Positions 1 through 9,268 of a stretch of 64,000 nucleotides of DNA are shown piece by piece (the stretch's first letter is position 1; each line of letters opens with the position of its first letter). The notes below the pieces were generated by a model. It did no database searches. It had not been told where the DNA came from and saw only the letters and a list, made by a program, of their open reading frames with translations. The stretch is from the NCBI GenBank assembly GCA_963664115.2, contig CAXWPJ010000009.1, positions 96,001 through 160,000 of the forward strand, written 5' to 3'. A program made the position numbers and the translations under genes. This DNA comes from Terriglobia bacterium (lineage in GTDB: Bacteria > Acidobacteriota > Terriglobia > 20CM-2-55-15).

Positions 1-69
1 ACTTACCTTCGCAGTCATCGATTCCGACAATTATGAACAGTGTCGTGATCGTCCGGAAATCACGGCGAA

Positions 70-78
70 TGATATAAT
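70..78 (+). promoter_or_regulatory. Extended -10 promoter element (TGaTATAAT) upstream of the kinase/phosphatase/transporter operon
   Basis: Perfect TGnTATAAT about 40 nt upstream of the ATG at 117, which has an AGGAG RBS. Confidence 0.55.
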
Positions 79-116
79 GGTTGAAAACCCCTAACAGTTC
101 CTGCCAGGAGACGAAT

Positions 117-968
117 ATGCAGAAGTCGAGAGCTGTTTGCTTCAGTCTTGCCGCTTTCCTTTGTGTTTTGGTGACGGTCCCGATTGCGTGGGGCCAGAAC
201 GTAGCACCCGGCCCAGAGGAATGGACAGACGCCGAAAGGGAAGTTTTCCTGCAGACGGCCGAAATCCTTTCGGTCGAAGACATCGGAATCGGCATCACTC
301 GCGCCCAACGTGCGACGCTCAGCGACGGCAGCGTCACACACGACGCTCAGATCCAGGCGATCGACGTGTTCCGGCGCGGCATAACGCAACTGCAGGGCAC
401 CGTGGTAGTCAACTTCAAGGACAGTTACAAGTTCAACATCGCCGGATACCGTCTGGACCGCTTGCTGGATCTCAACATGGTCCCTGTCTACGTGGAACGA
501 ACGGTGCGGCGCAGCAGATGCTCCGTATCGTGGTGGGTGGACGACGTTCAAATGATGGAACTGGATCGTTTCAACAACGGGATCGATCCTCCCGATATCG
601 AGGCCTGGAACGATCAGATGAGCAGTGCTCGGATTTTCACGAAACTAATTTACAACACCGACCCTAATCTCGGAAATTTTCTGATCACCAGCGACTGGGA
701 ACTCCACCTGATCGACTTCACACGCGCTTTCCGGGTGTTTGATCGCCTTCGAGAACCTGAAAACGTCACACCACGCATTGAGCGGCGCTTCTATGAGGGC
801 CTTCGTGCCTTGAACAAAGAGCGGCTGGAGGAGGTCATGGACGGAATGCTTACCGGCAGTGAGATGGACGGCGTTCTCCATCGACGGGACCTCATTCTGG
901 AGATACTGGACGCCCAGATCGCAGAGAGGGGCGAATCCGCGGTTGTTTACGACGTGCCGGGGCAATGA
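117..968 (+). CDS. Exported atypical kinase-fold protein (PI3/4-kinase- or FAM20-like)
   Basis: Signal peptide (VCFSLAAFLCVLVTVPIAWG-Q). Kinase-like motifs AGYRLDRLLDLNMVP, catalytic-loop-like IYNTDPNLGNFLI and metal-binding-like LIDFTRAF. Start set at MQKSRA by the AGGAG RBS. Confidence 0.65.
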   Translation: MQKSRAVCFSLAAFLCVLVTVPIAWGQNVAPGPEEWTDAEREVFLQTAEILSVEDIGIGITRAQRATLSDGSVTHDAQIQAIDVFRRGITQLQGTVVVNFKDSYKFNIAGYRLDRLLDLNMVPVYVERTVRRSRCSVSWWVDDVQMMELDRFNNGIDPPDIEAWNDQMSSARIFTKLIYNTDPNLGNFLITSDWELHLIDFTRAFRVFDRLREPENVTPRIERRFYEGLRALNKERLEEVMDGMLTGSEMDGVLHRRDLILEILDAQIAERGESAVVYDVPGQ

Positions 969-989
969 TTCACTTTGAGAGAGCGACCT

Positions 990-2291
990 GTGTATCGCGT
1001 TAAATCAAAGTTCGGAATCGGAACGCTGTTGCTGGCCATAGCTCTGATGTGGGCTCCGGTTCCCCTCCTGCGGAGCCAGGACGGGGAACGCATCCTGGCA
1101 ATGGCCGACATCCATGGCAACTTTGAGGCGGCCGCATCCCTGCTGCAGCGTAATGGCGTGATCGATGACGCATTGAACTGGGTCGGTGACAAGACCACGT
1201 TCGTACAGACCGGAGACTTCACCGACCGGGGGCCTGAAGTCCGGCGGCTGATGGATTTCCTGATCTCTCTGGATGGTGATGCCCCGGACGACAGTGTGAT
1301 CGTTCTCCTGGGCAATCACGAGAGCCTGAACATCATTGGGGACTTGCGCGACGTGACTGCGGCCGATTACGCAAGCTTCGCCGATTCGGATTCCGAGAGT
1401 CGCCGGCAGGAGGCTTTCCAAGCGTATGTCGATTTTGAGAAGCGACGCTCCGAACGACTCGGGAAGCCTCCAGTGTCGCCAACTCCAGAGATCGAGCGGG
1501 CCTGGATGGACGCGCATCCTCCCGGATTCCTCGAACACCGCGAAGCGTTCGGTCCTGAGGGAAAATACGGTCGATGGATCCGAGAGCTATCCACGGTGGC
1601 GAAGGTGGACGAAACTCTTTTTCTCCATGCCGGAATCCATCCCTCGCTTGCCGAGCTCTCCATCGATGAGATCAATGCCCGGGTCCGCGACGAGATCCGC
1701 GCCTTCGACCAGTCCTTCGAGTACCTGGTCTCCCGGGGGATCGCGCTGTCCTATTTCACCCTTGACGAACTCCTCGAAGCAGCGCGGGAGTCGCTTGATT
1801 TTGCGAATCGAACCAACGACCCGGAAAACCGAGATAGTGAGGCACAACGGGATGTTCAAGTCCTGGAGGGCCTGCTTGGCCTGGGAAGCTGGTTGATGGT
1901 CCACCCTGACGGCGTTCTCTGGTACCGGGGTTATAGCAATTGGTCCGATGAAGAAGGCCCAGCCCAAATCGAACAGTTGCTCGACAGCTACGATGTGGAA
2001 CAAATCGTTGTCGGCCACAGTCCCCAACTGCCCGGGGAGATTCGCGTTCGATTCGATGGACGCCTTTACCTGGCCGATACGGGGATGCTTTCAAGCTACT
2101 ACGCGGGAGGACGCGCTTCGATGTTGGAGATCCGGGATGGCGTCATTCGCGCAATCTATCTGGATGCCGAAGCGCGGCTGATGCAACCGGCATTGTCGCG
2201 GGCAAGGGCTCGGGCCAGCGTGGCCCTCGATCAGCCCAGGCAAATCATCGCGGTCAAGGGCCGGGCCACAGCCACGATTCCGGCCCTCTAA
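990..2291 (+). CDS. Exported calcineurin-like metallophosphoesterase (Shewanella-like phosphatase)
   Basis: Motifs ADIHG, GDFTDRG, GNHE, HAG, GHS and LADTG; hydrophobic N-terminal signal. Start is 975 or 990. Confidence 0.85.
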   Translation: MYRVKSKFGIGTLLLAIALMWAPVPLLRSQDGERILAMADIHGNFEAAASLLQRNGVIDDALNWVGDKTTFVQTGDFTDRGPEVRRLMDFLISLDGDAPDDSVIVLLGNHESLNIIGDLRDVTAADYASFADSDSESRRQEAFQAYVDFEKRRSERLGKPPVSPTPEIERAWMDAHPPGFLEHREAFGPEGKYGRWIRELSTVAKVDETLFLHAGIHPSLAELSIDEINARVRDEIRAFDQSFEYLVSRGIALSYFTLDELLEAARESLDFANRTNDPENRDSEAQRDVQVLEGLLGLGSWLMVHPDGVLWYRGYSNWSDEEGPAQIEQLLDSYDVEQIVVGHSPQLPGEIRVRFDGRLYLADTGMLSSYYAGGRASMLEIRDGVIRAIYLDAEARLMQPALSRARARASVALDQPRQIIAVKGRATATIPAL

Positions 2292-2300
2292 CCTTCACTT

Positions 2301-5057
2301 ATGTCCCACTGGATTGAGCGTCTCTTGAGCCTGCGGCGGGGAGAGCTCGGGGGTGGACTCCTCTTCTTCGCGTACTACTTCCTGATCATATCCTCTTATG
2401 TCGTCGGTCAGGTCGCTCGGGACGCCTTGTTTCTTGATCGCTTCGCTGCCGATCAGCTTCCGTACGCCGACATCGCGATAGCTGCGATGGTGGGTCTCGT
2501 TGTGGCCGGCTATATCCGGGCCGGCCGCCGGGTCGACCTTCGAGAGCTGCTGGTCGGTAGCCTTGCACTCTTTGCGGCTATTGCCTTCTTTTTCTGGTGG
2601 GCGATCCGCACGGTTCAATGGGCCTGGCTGATTCCAGCCCTCTACGTTTGGATCGGAATCTTTGGCGTTCTGGCCATCGCGCAGGTCTGGACCTTAGCGA
2701 ACTTCATGCTAACCACACGCGAAGCCAAACGGGTGTTTGGACTCGTCGGGGCAGGTGGAATTCTGGGCGGTATCTTCGGAGGCTTCCTATCCAATGCCAT
2801 TGCACGCAGCTTAGGGACCGAGAGTCTCCTGCTCCTGGTCGCAGCGTTCCCCGCGGTCTGCGTGATGCTTGTGATTCAGATTTGGCGTCAAGAATCCAAG
2901 GATACTGACCTTGTCGTTAACGACTCCAGCATGACGAGTTTAGAGAGTTCCTGGAGTCTGCTAGGCAGTTTGCAAATCATCCGTTCTTCTTCCCACCTGA
3001 AATCCATTGCAGCGCTGATTTGCATCACCTCCGTCGTCACCACGGCAGCAGGCTGGCAGTTCAAGGCAATCGCTAAGGCGTCCATCGTCGAAACCGACGC
3101 ACTGGCAGCCTTTCTGGGCTCGTTTCAGGGATACGCTGGCATTCTGGCCCTCTTGGCGCAATTGTTGTTGACCACCAGGGTGCTGCAGCGCTTCGGCGTC
3201 GGCGCGGTATTGTTCGCTCTCCCCGTCGCTCTCGTCCTGGGCACCGCCGGAGTTCTCGTTTTCGGGAGCCTATCGGCCGTGATTCTTCTCAAGGGAAGCG
3301 ATAAGGTGTTGCGTTATTCCCTCGACAACTCCGCGCTTCAACTGCTCTACCTCCCGGTGCCGACCGGTATCAAAGTCCAGGTCAAATCTTTCATCGACAC
3401 CGTCATCTGGCGACTTGGAGATGGAATGGCGGGAGTCACGCTGCTCGTCTTCGTGACGTATCTTCAGTTCACGCCTCGACAGGTGGGTTGGATTAACCTG
3501 ATGGCTATCGTTCTGTGGCTCTTTTTTGCAGACCGGGCACGGCAACAGTATCTGGCAACTCTTGGCGAGCGGGTACAGGAACACCGGATCGATACGGAAA
3601 GCACGTCGGTTCCGGTTCTTGATCGATCGACGAGCTCTGTTCTGGCGACGAAGCTCGACTCGGGCAACGCGGAGGAAATCTTATACGGACTGCGCCTGTT
3701 CGAAGTCGGGTACCACCAGACCGCCCACCCGTCGATCGTGGGCCTCATACACCATGACTCGGCCGAGGTCCGGGCGAGAGCTGTAGCAATTCTCAACGCT
3801 GTCGGTAACGCTTCGGTGAAGGACGAGATCGAAGCGCTTCTTGAAGATAACGCTCTAAGCGTGCGTACCGAAGCTCTGTTGTACTTGACACAACACACCG
3901 ACGTCGATCCCTTAGCCCGCATCCGTGAGCTGGGAGACTTTCCGGACTCCACCATCCGGTCCGCTATCGTCGCTTTCCTGAGTCGGCCTGGAAGTGCCCA
4001 GAACCTGGACGGCGCAAGGCTCATGTTGGACATGATGCTGGACGAGAAGGGATCGTCCGGACGCGGGACCCGTCTGGAAGCCGCCCGGTTGATCGGCCTC
4101 CTCCCTGCTGAGTTCGAAAACCAGGTATCGAGGCTCCTCGCAGATTCCGATCCGAAAATCGCAGGCTACGGCATATCCGCTGCCGGAAGCCTCCGTCGTC
4201 AGAAATTCGTTCATGCCTTACTGGAGCGGCTGGGCGATCCCGACAACGGTCAGGCCTCGGCCAGCGCACTTGAGAACTTTGGGGATAGAATCGTGGGGAC
4301 GCTCGGCGATTATCTCAGAGATTCCGAGGTTTCCATCGCCATCCGCCTTGAAATCCCAACGGTGTTGACCAGGATCGACACACTGGGGGTGCCGGACGCG
4401 TTGATTGAAAGTCTCCTCGAAGGAAACACGACTCTGCGCCACCGTATCCTTGCAGCGATAAACAAATATCAACAATCGCACCCGGACGTCCGTATCGATC
4501 CGCAATGGATAGAAACCGTTCTGGCTGCTGAGATCCTCGGCCATTACCGCTCATACCAGGCTTTGGGATTACTCGGGAGTGCCTTGAAGGGGAACGACCC
4601 TTCACTGGCCGCACTCGAAGAATCCATAGCTCACGAGCGGGAGCGAATCTTCCGCCTGCTGGGAGTTCTCTTCCCTGAACACGACATGCATGCGGCCTAC
4701 TTGGGAATTACCGCACACAACTCCCGGGTTCGCGACAACACGCTGGAGTTCCTCGACAGCATGCTCCGCCCTGAACTGCGTTCTCTAGTCATCCCGTTGA
4801 TCGACGACGGCGTTACCGTCAACGAAAGAGTTAGCCTGGCCAATGATGTCGTGGGAACCGGCGTGGAAACAGAAGAAGAAGCGGTCGAGATGCTCATCCA
4901 CAGCGGGGATCCCTGGTTGAAGTCGTGCGCAGCTTACGCCATCGGTGCTTTGGGGCTGAAGTCGCTCGAAAGCGAACTGGACGCATGGCAAGACGACCCG
5001 GACCCCCTCCTGTCAGAAACTGTCCGTCAGGCAAAACTGCGCCTGGCTAAAATCTAA
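2301..5057 (+). CDS. NTP/NDP-exchange (TLC/Npt-like) MFS transporter fused to HEAT repeats
   Basis: About 12 TM segments with ARDALFL, REAKRVFGLVGAGG, QLLYLPVP and KSFIDT motifs, followed by HEAT/PBS-like helical repeats (EVRARAV, DPWLKSCAAYAIG). Confidence 0.8.
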   Translation: MSHWIERLLSLRRGELGGGLLFFAYYFLIISSYVVGQVARDALFLDRFAADQLPYADIAIAAMVGLVVAGYIRAGRRVDLRELLVGSLALFAAIAFFFWWAIRTVQWAWLIPALYVWIGIFGVLAIAQVWTLANFMLTTREAKRVFGLVGAGGILGGIFGGFLSNAIARSLGTESLLLLVAAFPAVCVMLVIQIWRQESKDTDLVVNDSSMTSLESSWSLLGSLQIIRSSSHLKSIAALICITSVVTTAAGWQFKAIAKASIVETDALAAFLGSFQGYAGILALLAQLLLTTRVLQRFGVGAVLFALPVALVLGTAGVLVFGSLSAVILLKGSDKVLRYSLDNSALQLLYLPVPTGIKVQVKSFIDTVIWRLGDGMAGVTLLVFVTYLQFTPRQVGWINLMAIVLWLFFADRARQQYLATLGERVQEHRIDTESTSVPVLDRSTSSVLATKLDSGNAEEILYGLRLFEVGYHQTAHPSIVGLIHHDSAEVRARAVAILNAVGNASVKDEIEALLEDNALSVRTEALLYLTQHTDVDPLARIRELGDFPDSTIRSAIVAFLSRPGSAQNLDGARLMLDMMLDEKGSSGRGTRLEAARLIGLLPAEFENQVSRLLADSDPKIAGYGISAAGSLRRQKFVHALLERLGDPDNGQASASALENFGDRIVGTLGDYLRDSEVSIAIRLEIPTVLTRIDTLGVPDALIESLLEGNTTLRHRILAAINKYQQSHPDVRIDPQWIETVLAAEILGHYRSYQALGLLGSALKGNDPSLAALEESIAHERERIFRLLGVLFPEHDMHAAYLGITAHNSRVRDNTLEFLDSMLRPELRSLVIPLIDDGVTVNERVSLANDVVGTGVETEEEAVEMLIHSGDPWLKSCAAYAIGALGLKSLESELDAWQDDPDPLLSETVRQAKLRLAKI

Positions 5058-5151
5058 ATCGGCGTGTACCAGAAAAGTATCAACGGGTAGGCAAGTGGAG
5101 CCTGAACCCCGCGTTGGGGAATTCGTCCGAGCCCCGCCGTGCTGCGCTCGA

Positions 5152-6228
5152 CTAAAGTCGCTCTTCCCGCCAGAGGCCCAGGGCCTTTTGCGCTGCGCGA
5201 TCTGAAAAACTGAACAGCACCGCACCTTTTTCGCTTTGATGGGAGACCGGATGCCATGGCGGGACTACAAACACGTCGCGTTCTTTCCACTCAATGGTCA
5301 TGTTGCCAATCTGGCTTCGCCCGCTGCCTTCGGTGGGACTGAACACTGTCCCATCCGTAGAACGATACAGCTTCCCGTTAAACCCCGGCGGTAGTAACTG
5401 CATAAAACCCGCGATCGACGGCAGCGGGTATCCGCCTGTGAGCGGATTGACGAACTGCAGCTTGACGCCATGACAGTCATCGACAGGGCCGTTCTTGTAC
5501 AGCTGTTCGACGACTTCCCGGCTTCGCGAATACGGGTAGTTGAAGATCGGCGATGCCATCGTGGAGGGCTGGTGTTCGACGGGAAGCAAATTGTTTCCAT
5601 ACCGCATCCCGGCATCTTCTTCTTTCTTGGTCACCGGATAAGTGGGTTCCGGCCACTCTTCGGTAAAGGTGACGCCCATCATGTCGATGAACGGGTTATC
5701 CAGGCCGTCCATCCAGATTGTAGGCTCGTTCCCGAGATTCCCGTGGTCGTGAAAAGTCCATGAAGGCGTTAAGACGAAATCACCCGGTTGCATCATGGAT
5801 CGCTCACCGTCGACCGAGGTATAGCCACCCCCGTCCCCCTCCAACATGAACCGGAAGGCCGAGGCCGTGTGGCGATGCGCCGGGGCAACCTCCTGCGGCA
5901 TCACCAACTGGACTGCCGCAAACAGGCTCTGTGTGATCCAGGACTCGCCCCGAAGTCCGGGGTTTTCCAGTATCAACACCCGGCGTTCCGCCTGATCGGG
6001 TGTGATCAAATCCGCGGCCTCCATGAGCATTGGACGGATTTCATCGTAGCGCCAAATCGCCGGTACGCAGCGTGGTATCGGTTCCGCTGTTGCGAGATCC
6101 CCGAAGACCTCCCACAATGGCGCGAGGTTCAGCGCGTCCAGCTGATCATGGAATGCCTTCAGCTCCTCGGTCAGCTCCGGCTTTTGAAAGCTAAAGGCTT
6201 GCCCTTTTTTTTTATTCGCTTCCTTCAC
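5152..6228 (-). CDS. gtdA: Gentisate 1,2-dioxygenase (bicupin)
   Basis: AERRVLILENPGL, APAHRHTASAFRF, TPSWTFHDHGN, WMDGLD and LFSFSDR motifs. Confidence 0.85.
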   Translation of the reverse strand: MKEANKKKGQAFSFQKPELTEELKAFHDQLDALNLAPLWEVFGDLATAEPIPRCVPAIWRYDEIRPMLMEAADLITPDQAERRVLILENPGLRGESWITQSLFAAVQLVMPQEVAPAHRHTASAFRFMLEGDGGGYTSVDGERSMMQPGDFVLTPSWTFHDHGNLGNEPTIWMDGLDNPFIDMMGVTFTEEWPEPTYPVTKKEEDAGMRYGNNLLPVEHQPSTMASPIFNYPYSRSREVVEQLYKNGPVDDCHGVKLQFVNPLTGGYPLPSIAGFMQLLPPGFNGKLYRSTDGTVFSPTEGSGRSQIGNMTIEWKERDVFVVPPWHPVSHQSEKGAVLFSFSDRAAQKALGLWREERL

Positions 6229-6731
6229 GTCTCACGCTCCTCGGGCAAGTATACAGTTGCCTGATGCCCGTTTCTGTTCGATCAACCGGCCGGTACCTGA
6301 TCTCCCGTCGCTCCAATGCTCAGGATCGTCGCGACGATCGTGGCTTCCAAAAAAGTTTGGCTGAGACCCTCGACCGTGAAGCCTGCCACTAGGCGGATTG
6401 AAGCAGTCCGGCGAATCGGGAGTTGGAGACTCGTGGTAAATTTGCGTTCAACCGTCTTTTCGAGAAGACCTTTCCTGTCTACAACCAGCGAACAAACCGC
6501 GGCTTCCACCGGGGGGGACCCGAACCAAAACCCGATCGCGAAGTCACCGCTTTCCCCTAGAAGGCAAGGTCGTTTCCCATTAGAATGCACCCCCATGCCC
6601 TTCTCCCAGGATTCGAAGCGCACTCGTTCCGTTTGTCATGTTCTTCAGCGCCAAGTCTTTTCTACTTTCGCTTATGCGCGGTTCCGTTCTTTGGACAGAG
6701 CCCATCTTCGACGAAAGGCATAAAGGTGCAC

Positions 6732-7841
6732 GTGAACACTAAATTGAGCAAAACAAAGTTTATTTCGATCGCTGCTTCCTTTGCGTTATTTATGGCTGGG
6801 GTGGGTGTCGTGAACCCGGTACGGGCCCAGGCCCAGAACGTCCCCCGGTATGCGGTCGATCCGTTCTGGCCCAAACTGCCTCTGCCCGACCGATGGATCA
6901 CGGGCGGTCTGGGCGGAATGTGCATCGACGGCCGCGATCATTTGTACATCCTCAATCGGGGGAACGTAGACCCCGAAGATCTGGATGGAGCCAGCATGGC
7001 GCCTTCGGTGATCGAGTTCGATCCCGATGGAAATGTCGTCCGCTCTTGGGGAGACCCCTCCATGTTGGGAGACCGACTGCATGATTGCCATGTCGACCAA
7101 GACCAGAACGTGTGGATCATCGCTTCCGCAACAGGCATCGCACAGAAGTACTCCAGCGATGGCAGCGAGCTCCTGCTCCAAATCGGGGAGGCGGGCGTTT
7201 ATGACTCCTCGGACGGGACCCGAGAAGGCCAGGCCCTGAATTCAAACCGTGCCCAGTTCTTTCTGCCCGCCAGCATCGATTTGGACGCCGCAACCGGCGA
7301 CATCTATATCGCCGATGGCGAGCTACCCGGAGGAAACCAGCGAATTGCCGTACTCGACCGCAACGGGCGGTTTCTCCGCCAGTGGCCGCTCCACCGCAGC
7401 GATGCCGATGGCAACATCGTCCCCTTACCTCACTGTCTTCGCTTAAGCGACGACGGCCTTGTGTACGTCTGTGACCGGGAGGCGGATCGGATCCAGGTAT
7501 TCGATCAAATGGGGAACTTCATCCGGAACATCGACGTGCCCTGGCAACCCTATACATCGCCCGCGGGCCGTCTGAGCGGGATGCGTGGCACTGCCGTCGT
7601 CCTGGCTTTCTCCCACGATCCAGGTCAGCGCCTCATGTTCGTCGCGAATCAGCTTAGTTCGGAAATCGATATCCTGGATCGCCAGACCGGACAGGTCCTG
7701 TCGAGTTTCGGTGGAGGTCCCGGACGCTATCCGGGGCAGTTCACGCTACCGCACGGCATCGCGGTCGATTCAGCGGGCAATGTATACGTTGCCGAACAGG
7801 AAGGACGACGCATTCAGAAGTTCAGAATCGTAAATCCTTAG
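6732..7841 (+). CDS. Exported NHL-repeat beta-propeller protein (PAL-like)
   Basis: Signal peptide; YAVDPFWPK, PHC, VYVCDRE and PHGIAVDSAGNVYVAE motifs. Start codon uncertain (GTG at 6726 or 6732). Confidence 0.8.
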   Translation: MNTKLSKTKFISIAASFALFMAGVGVVNPVRAQAQNVPRYAVDPFWPKLPLPDRWITGGLGGMCIDGRDHLYILNRGNVDPEDLDGASMAPSVIEFDPDGNVVRSWGDPSMLGDRLHDCHVDQDQNVWIIASATGIAQKYSSDGSELLLQIGEAGVYDSSDGTREGQALNSNRAQFFLPASIDLDAATGDIYIADGELPGGNQRIAVLDRNGRFLRQWPLHRSDADGNIVPLPHCLRLSDDGLVYVCDREADRIQVFDQMGNFIRNIDVPWQPYTSPAGRLSGMRGTAVVLAFSHDPGQRLMFVANQLSSEIDILDRQTGQVLSSFGGGPGRYPGQFTLPHGIAVDSAGNVYVAEQEGRRIQKFRIVNP

Positions 7842-8015
7842 GAATGCTGAAAGGAGCAGCGGAGGTCAGCCGGAACTTCGCTGATGTCTCTCACAACCCG
7901 TTCTGGTGATTACTATCGGACGGGCACACCCCGGGGCAAACTGCCGGGTCATGACCCCGTACCAGGCCAGCAGGCCAGTCGGGTGTCCGAAAAACTAAGG
8001 TTCAGAGGATCAAAG

Positions 8016-8462
8016 ATGGTCATCTACGGTGTCGCATTGTTGGCCAGCTGTCTGTTGGCGGGCATGCTTGCAGGAGAAGTATTGGGAGTGCTGCTCGGAG
8101 TCAGCGCCAATGTCGGTGGTGTCGGCATTGCGATGCTCTTGCTGGTTCTTGCTTGCAGCTCGACGCGATTGAAATCCCTTGTTGATGGAGCGTCCGGCAC
8201 CGGAATCAAATTCTGGAGCGCCATGTATATCCCGATCGTCGTCGCCATGGCCGCCAGTCAGAACGTTGCGGCAGCGGCAGCCGGAGGATTGCTGGCCCTG
8301 GTTGCCGGGAGCGGTGCAGTCGTCGTTAGTTTCGCTCTGGTGCCCGTGCTCAGCAGAATAGGTTCGAGCGGCGGGACTGGCGGCCGAAGTGGCGGCGATG
8401 CTGTCGAAGAAAATCAACAAGGCTCTACGGATAAGCCCGAATCAGAGACCGGAGCCCCATGA
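8016..8462 (+). CDS. madL: Malonate transporter subunit MadL
   Basis: MVIYGVALLA, ANVGGVGIAMLLL and FWSAMYIPIVVAMAASQNV; AGAGGA RBS. Confidence 0.9.
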   Translation: MVIYGVALLASCLLAGMLAGEVLGVLLGVSANVGGVGIAMLLLVLACSSTRLKSLVDGASGTGIKFWSAMYIPIVVAMAASQNVAAAAAGGLLALVAGSGAVVVSFALVPVLSRIGSSGGTGGRSGGDAVEENQQGSTDKPESETGAP

Positions 8463-9220
8463 TGGAATTGTTGCTAAAGGTCGCTGACAGAAACTATCTC
8501 GTGGTTGCCTTCGCCGTGGTAGGCGCGACGGTGTGGATATCGTATCTCATATCCGACAGGCTAACGCGCGGTCGCATCCACGGTTCGGCCATAGCCATCG
8601 TTGCGGGCCTGATCGCTGCTTATTGGGGCGGCACACTGACCGGTGGTCAGATCGGGGTGGCCAACATCCCTTTATTGGCCGGCATCGGTGTCATGGGCGG
8701 CGGCATGCTGAGAGATTTCGCCATAGTGGCTACTGCTTTTGGTGTCCGTTTGAGTGAACTCAAGAAAGCGGGACTTGCCGGCGTGATTTCAATTGTTGCG
8801 GGTGTCGTGGTTTCATTTGTAGTGGGGGCGATCGTTGCGGTTGCGTTTGGCTATAGCGATGCCATCAGCATCACGACTATCGGCGCGGGAGCGGTGACCT
8901 ATATTGTGGGTCCGGTAACAGGTGACGCTATTGGAGCTGACAATGCAGTCATCGCACTGAGCGTTGCGGCCGGACTGGTTAAATCGATACTGGTCATGGT
9001 CGGAACACCGATGGTCGCACCGTTTATCGGTCTCAATAATCCCCAATCAGCCATGGTTTTTGGCGGGCTCATGGGCACGACCAGTGGTGTCGCCGGTGGT
9101 TTGGCGGCGACCGATCCCAAGCTGGTGCCCTATGGTGCGATGACCGCTACTTTCTATACGGGCTTTGGTGCCCTGATGGCTCCATCGGTCTTGTACTTCA
9201 TCGTCAGAGCTCTCACCTGA
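8459..9220 (+). CDS. madM: Malonate transporter subunit MadM
   Basis: GRIHGSAIAI, GGGMLRDFAIVATAFG and LVPYGAMTATFYTG; ATGA overlap with madL. Confidence 0.9.
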   Translation: MMELLLKVADRNYLVVAFAVVGATVWISYLISDRLTRGRIHGSAIAIVAGLIAAYWGGTLTGGQIGVANIPLLAGIGVMGGGMLRDFAIVATAFGVRLSELKKAGLAGVISIVAGVVVSFVVGAIVAVAFGYSDAISITTIGAGAVTYIVGPVTGDAIGADNAVIALSVAAGLVKSILVMVGTPMVAPFIGLNNPQSAMVFGGLMGTTSGVAGGLAATDPKLVPYGAMTATFYTGFGALMAPSVLYFIVRALT

Positions 9221-9268
9221 TCGACCGCGACAGAATCCTTAAATAAGACGTTGCCGCAAAGGCCATCC

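Noticed and set aside
6282-6723. Overlapping ORFs of 113 aa (-) and 135 aa (+) between gtdA and the NHL gene
   Set aside because: No recognisable motifs or RBS; probably a divergent promoter region
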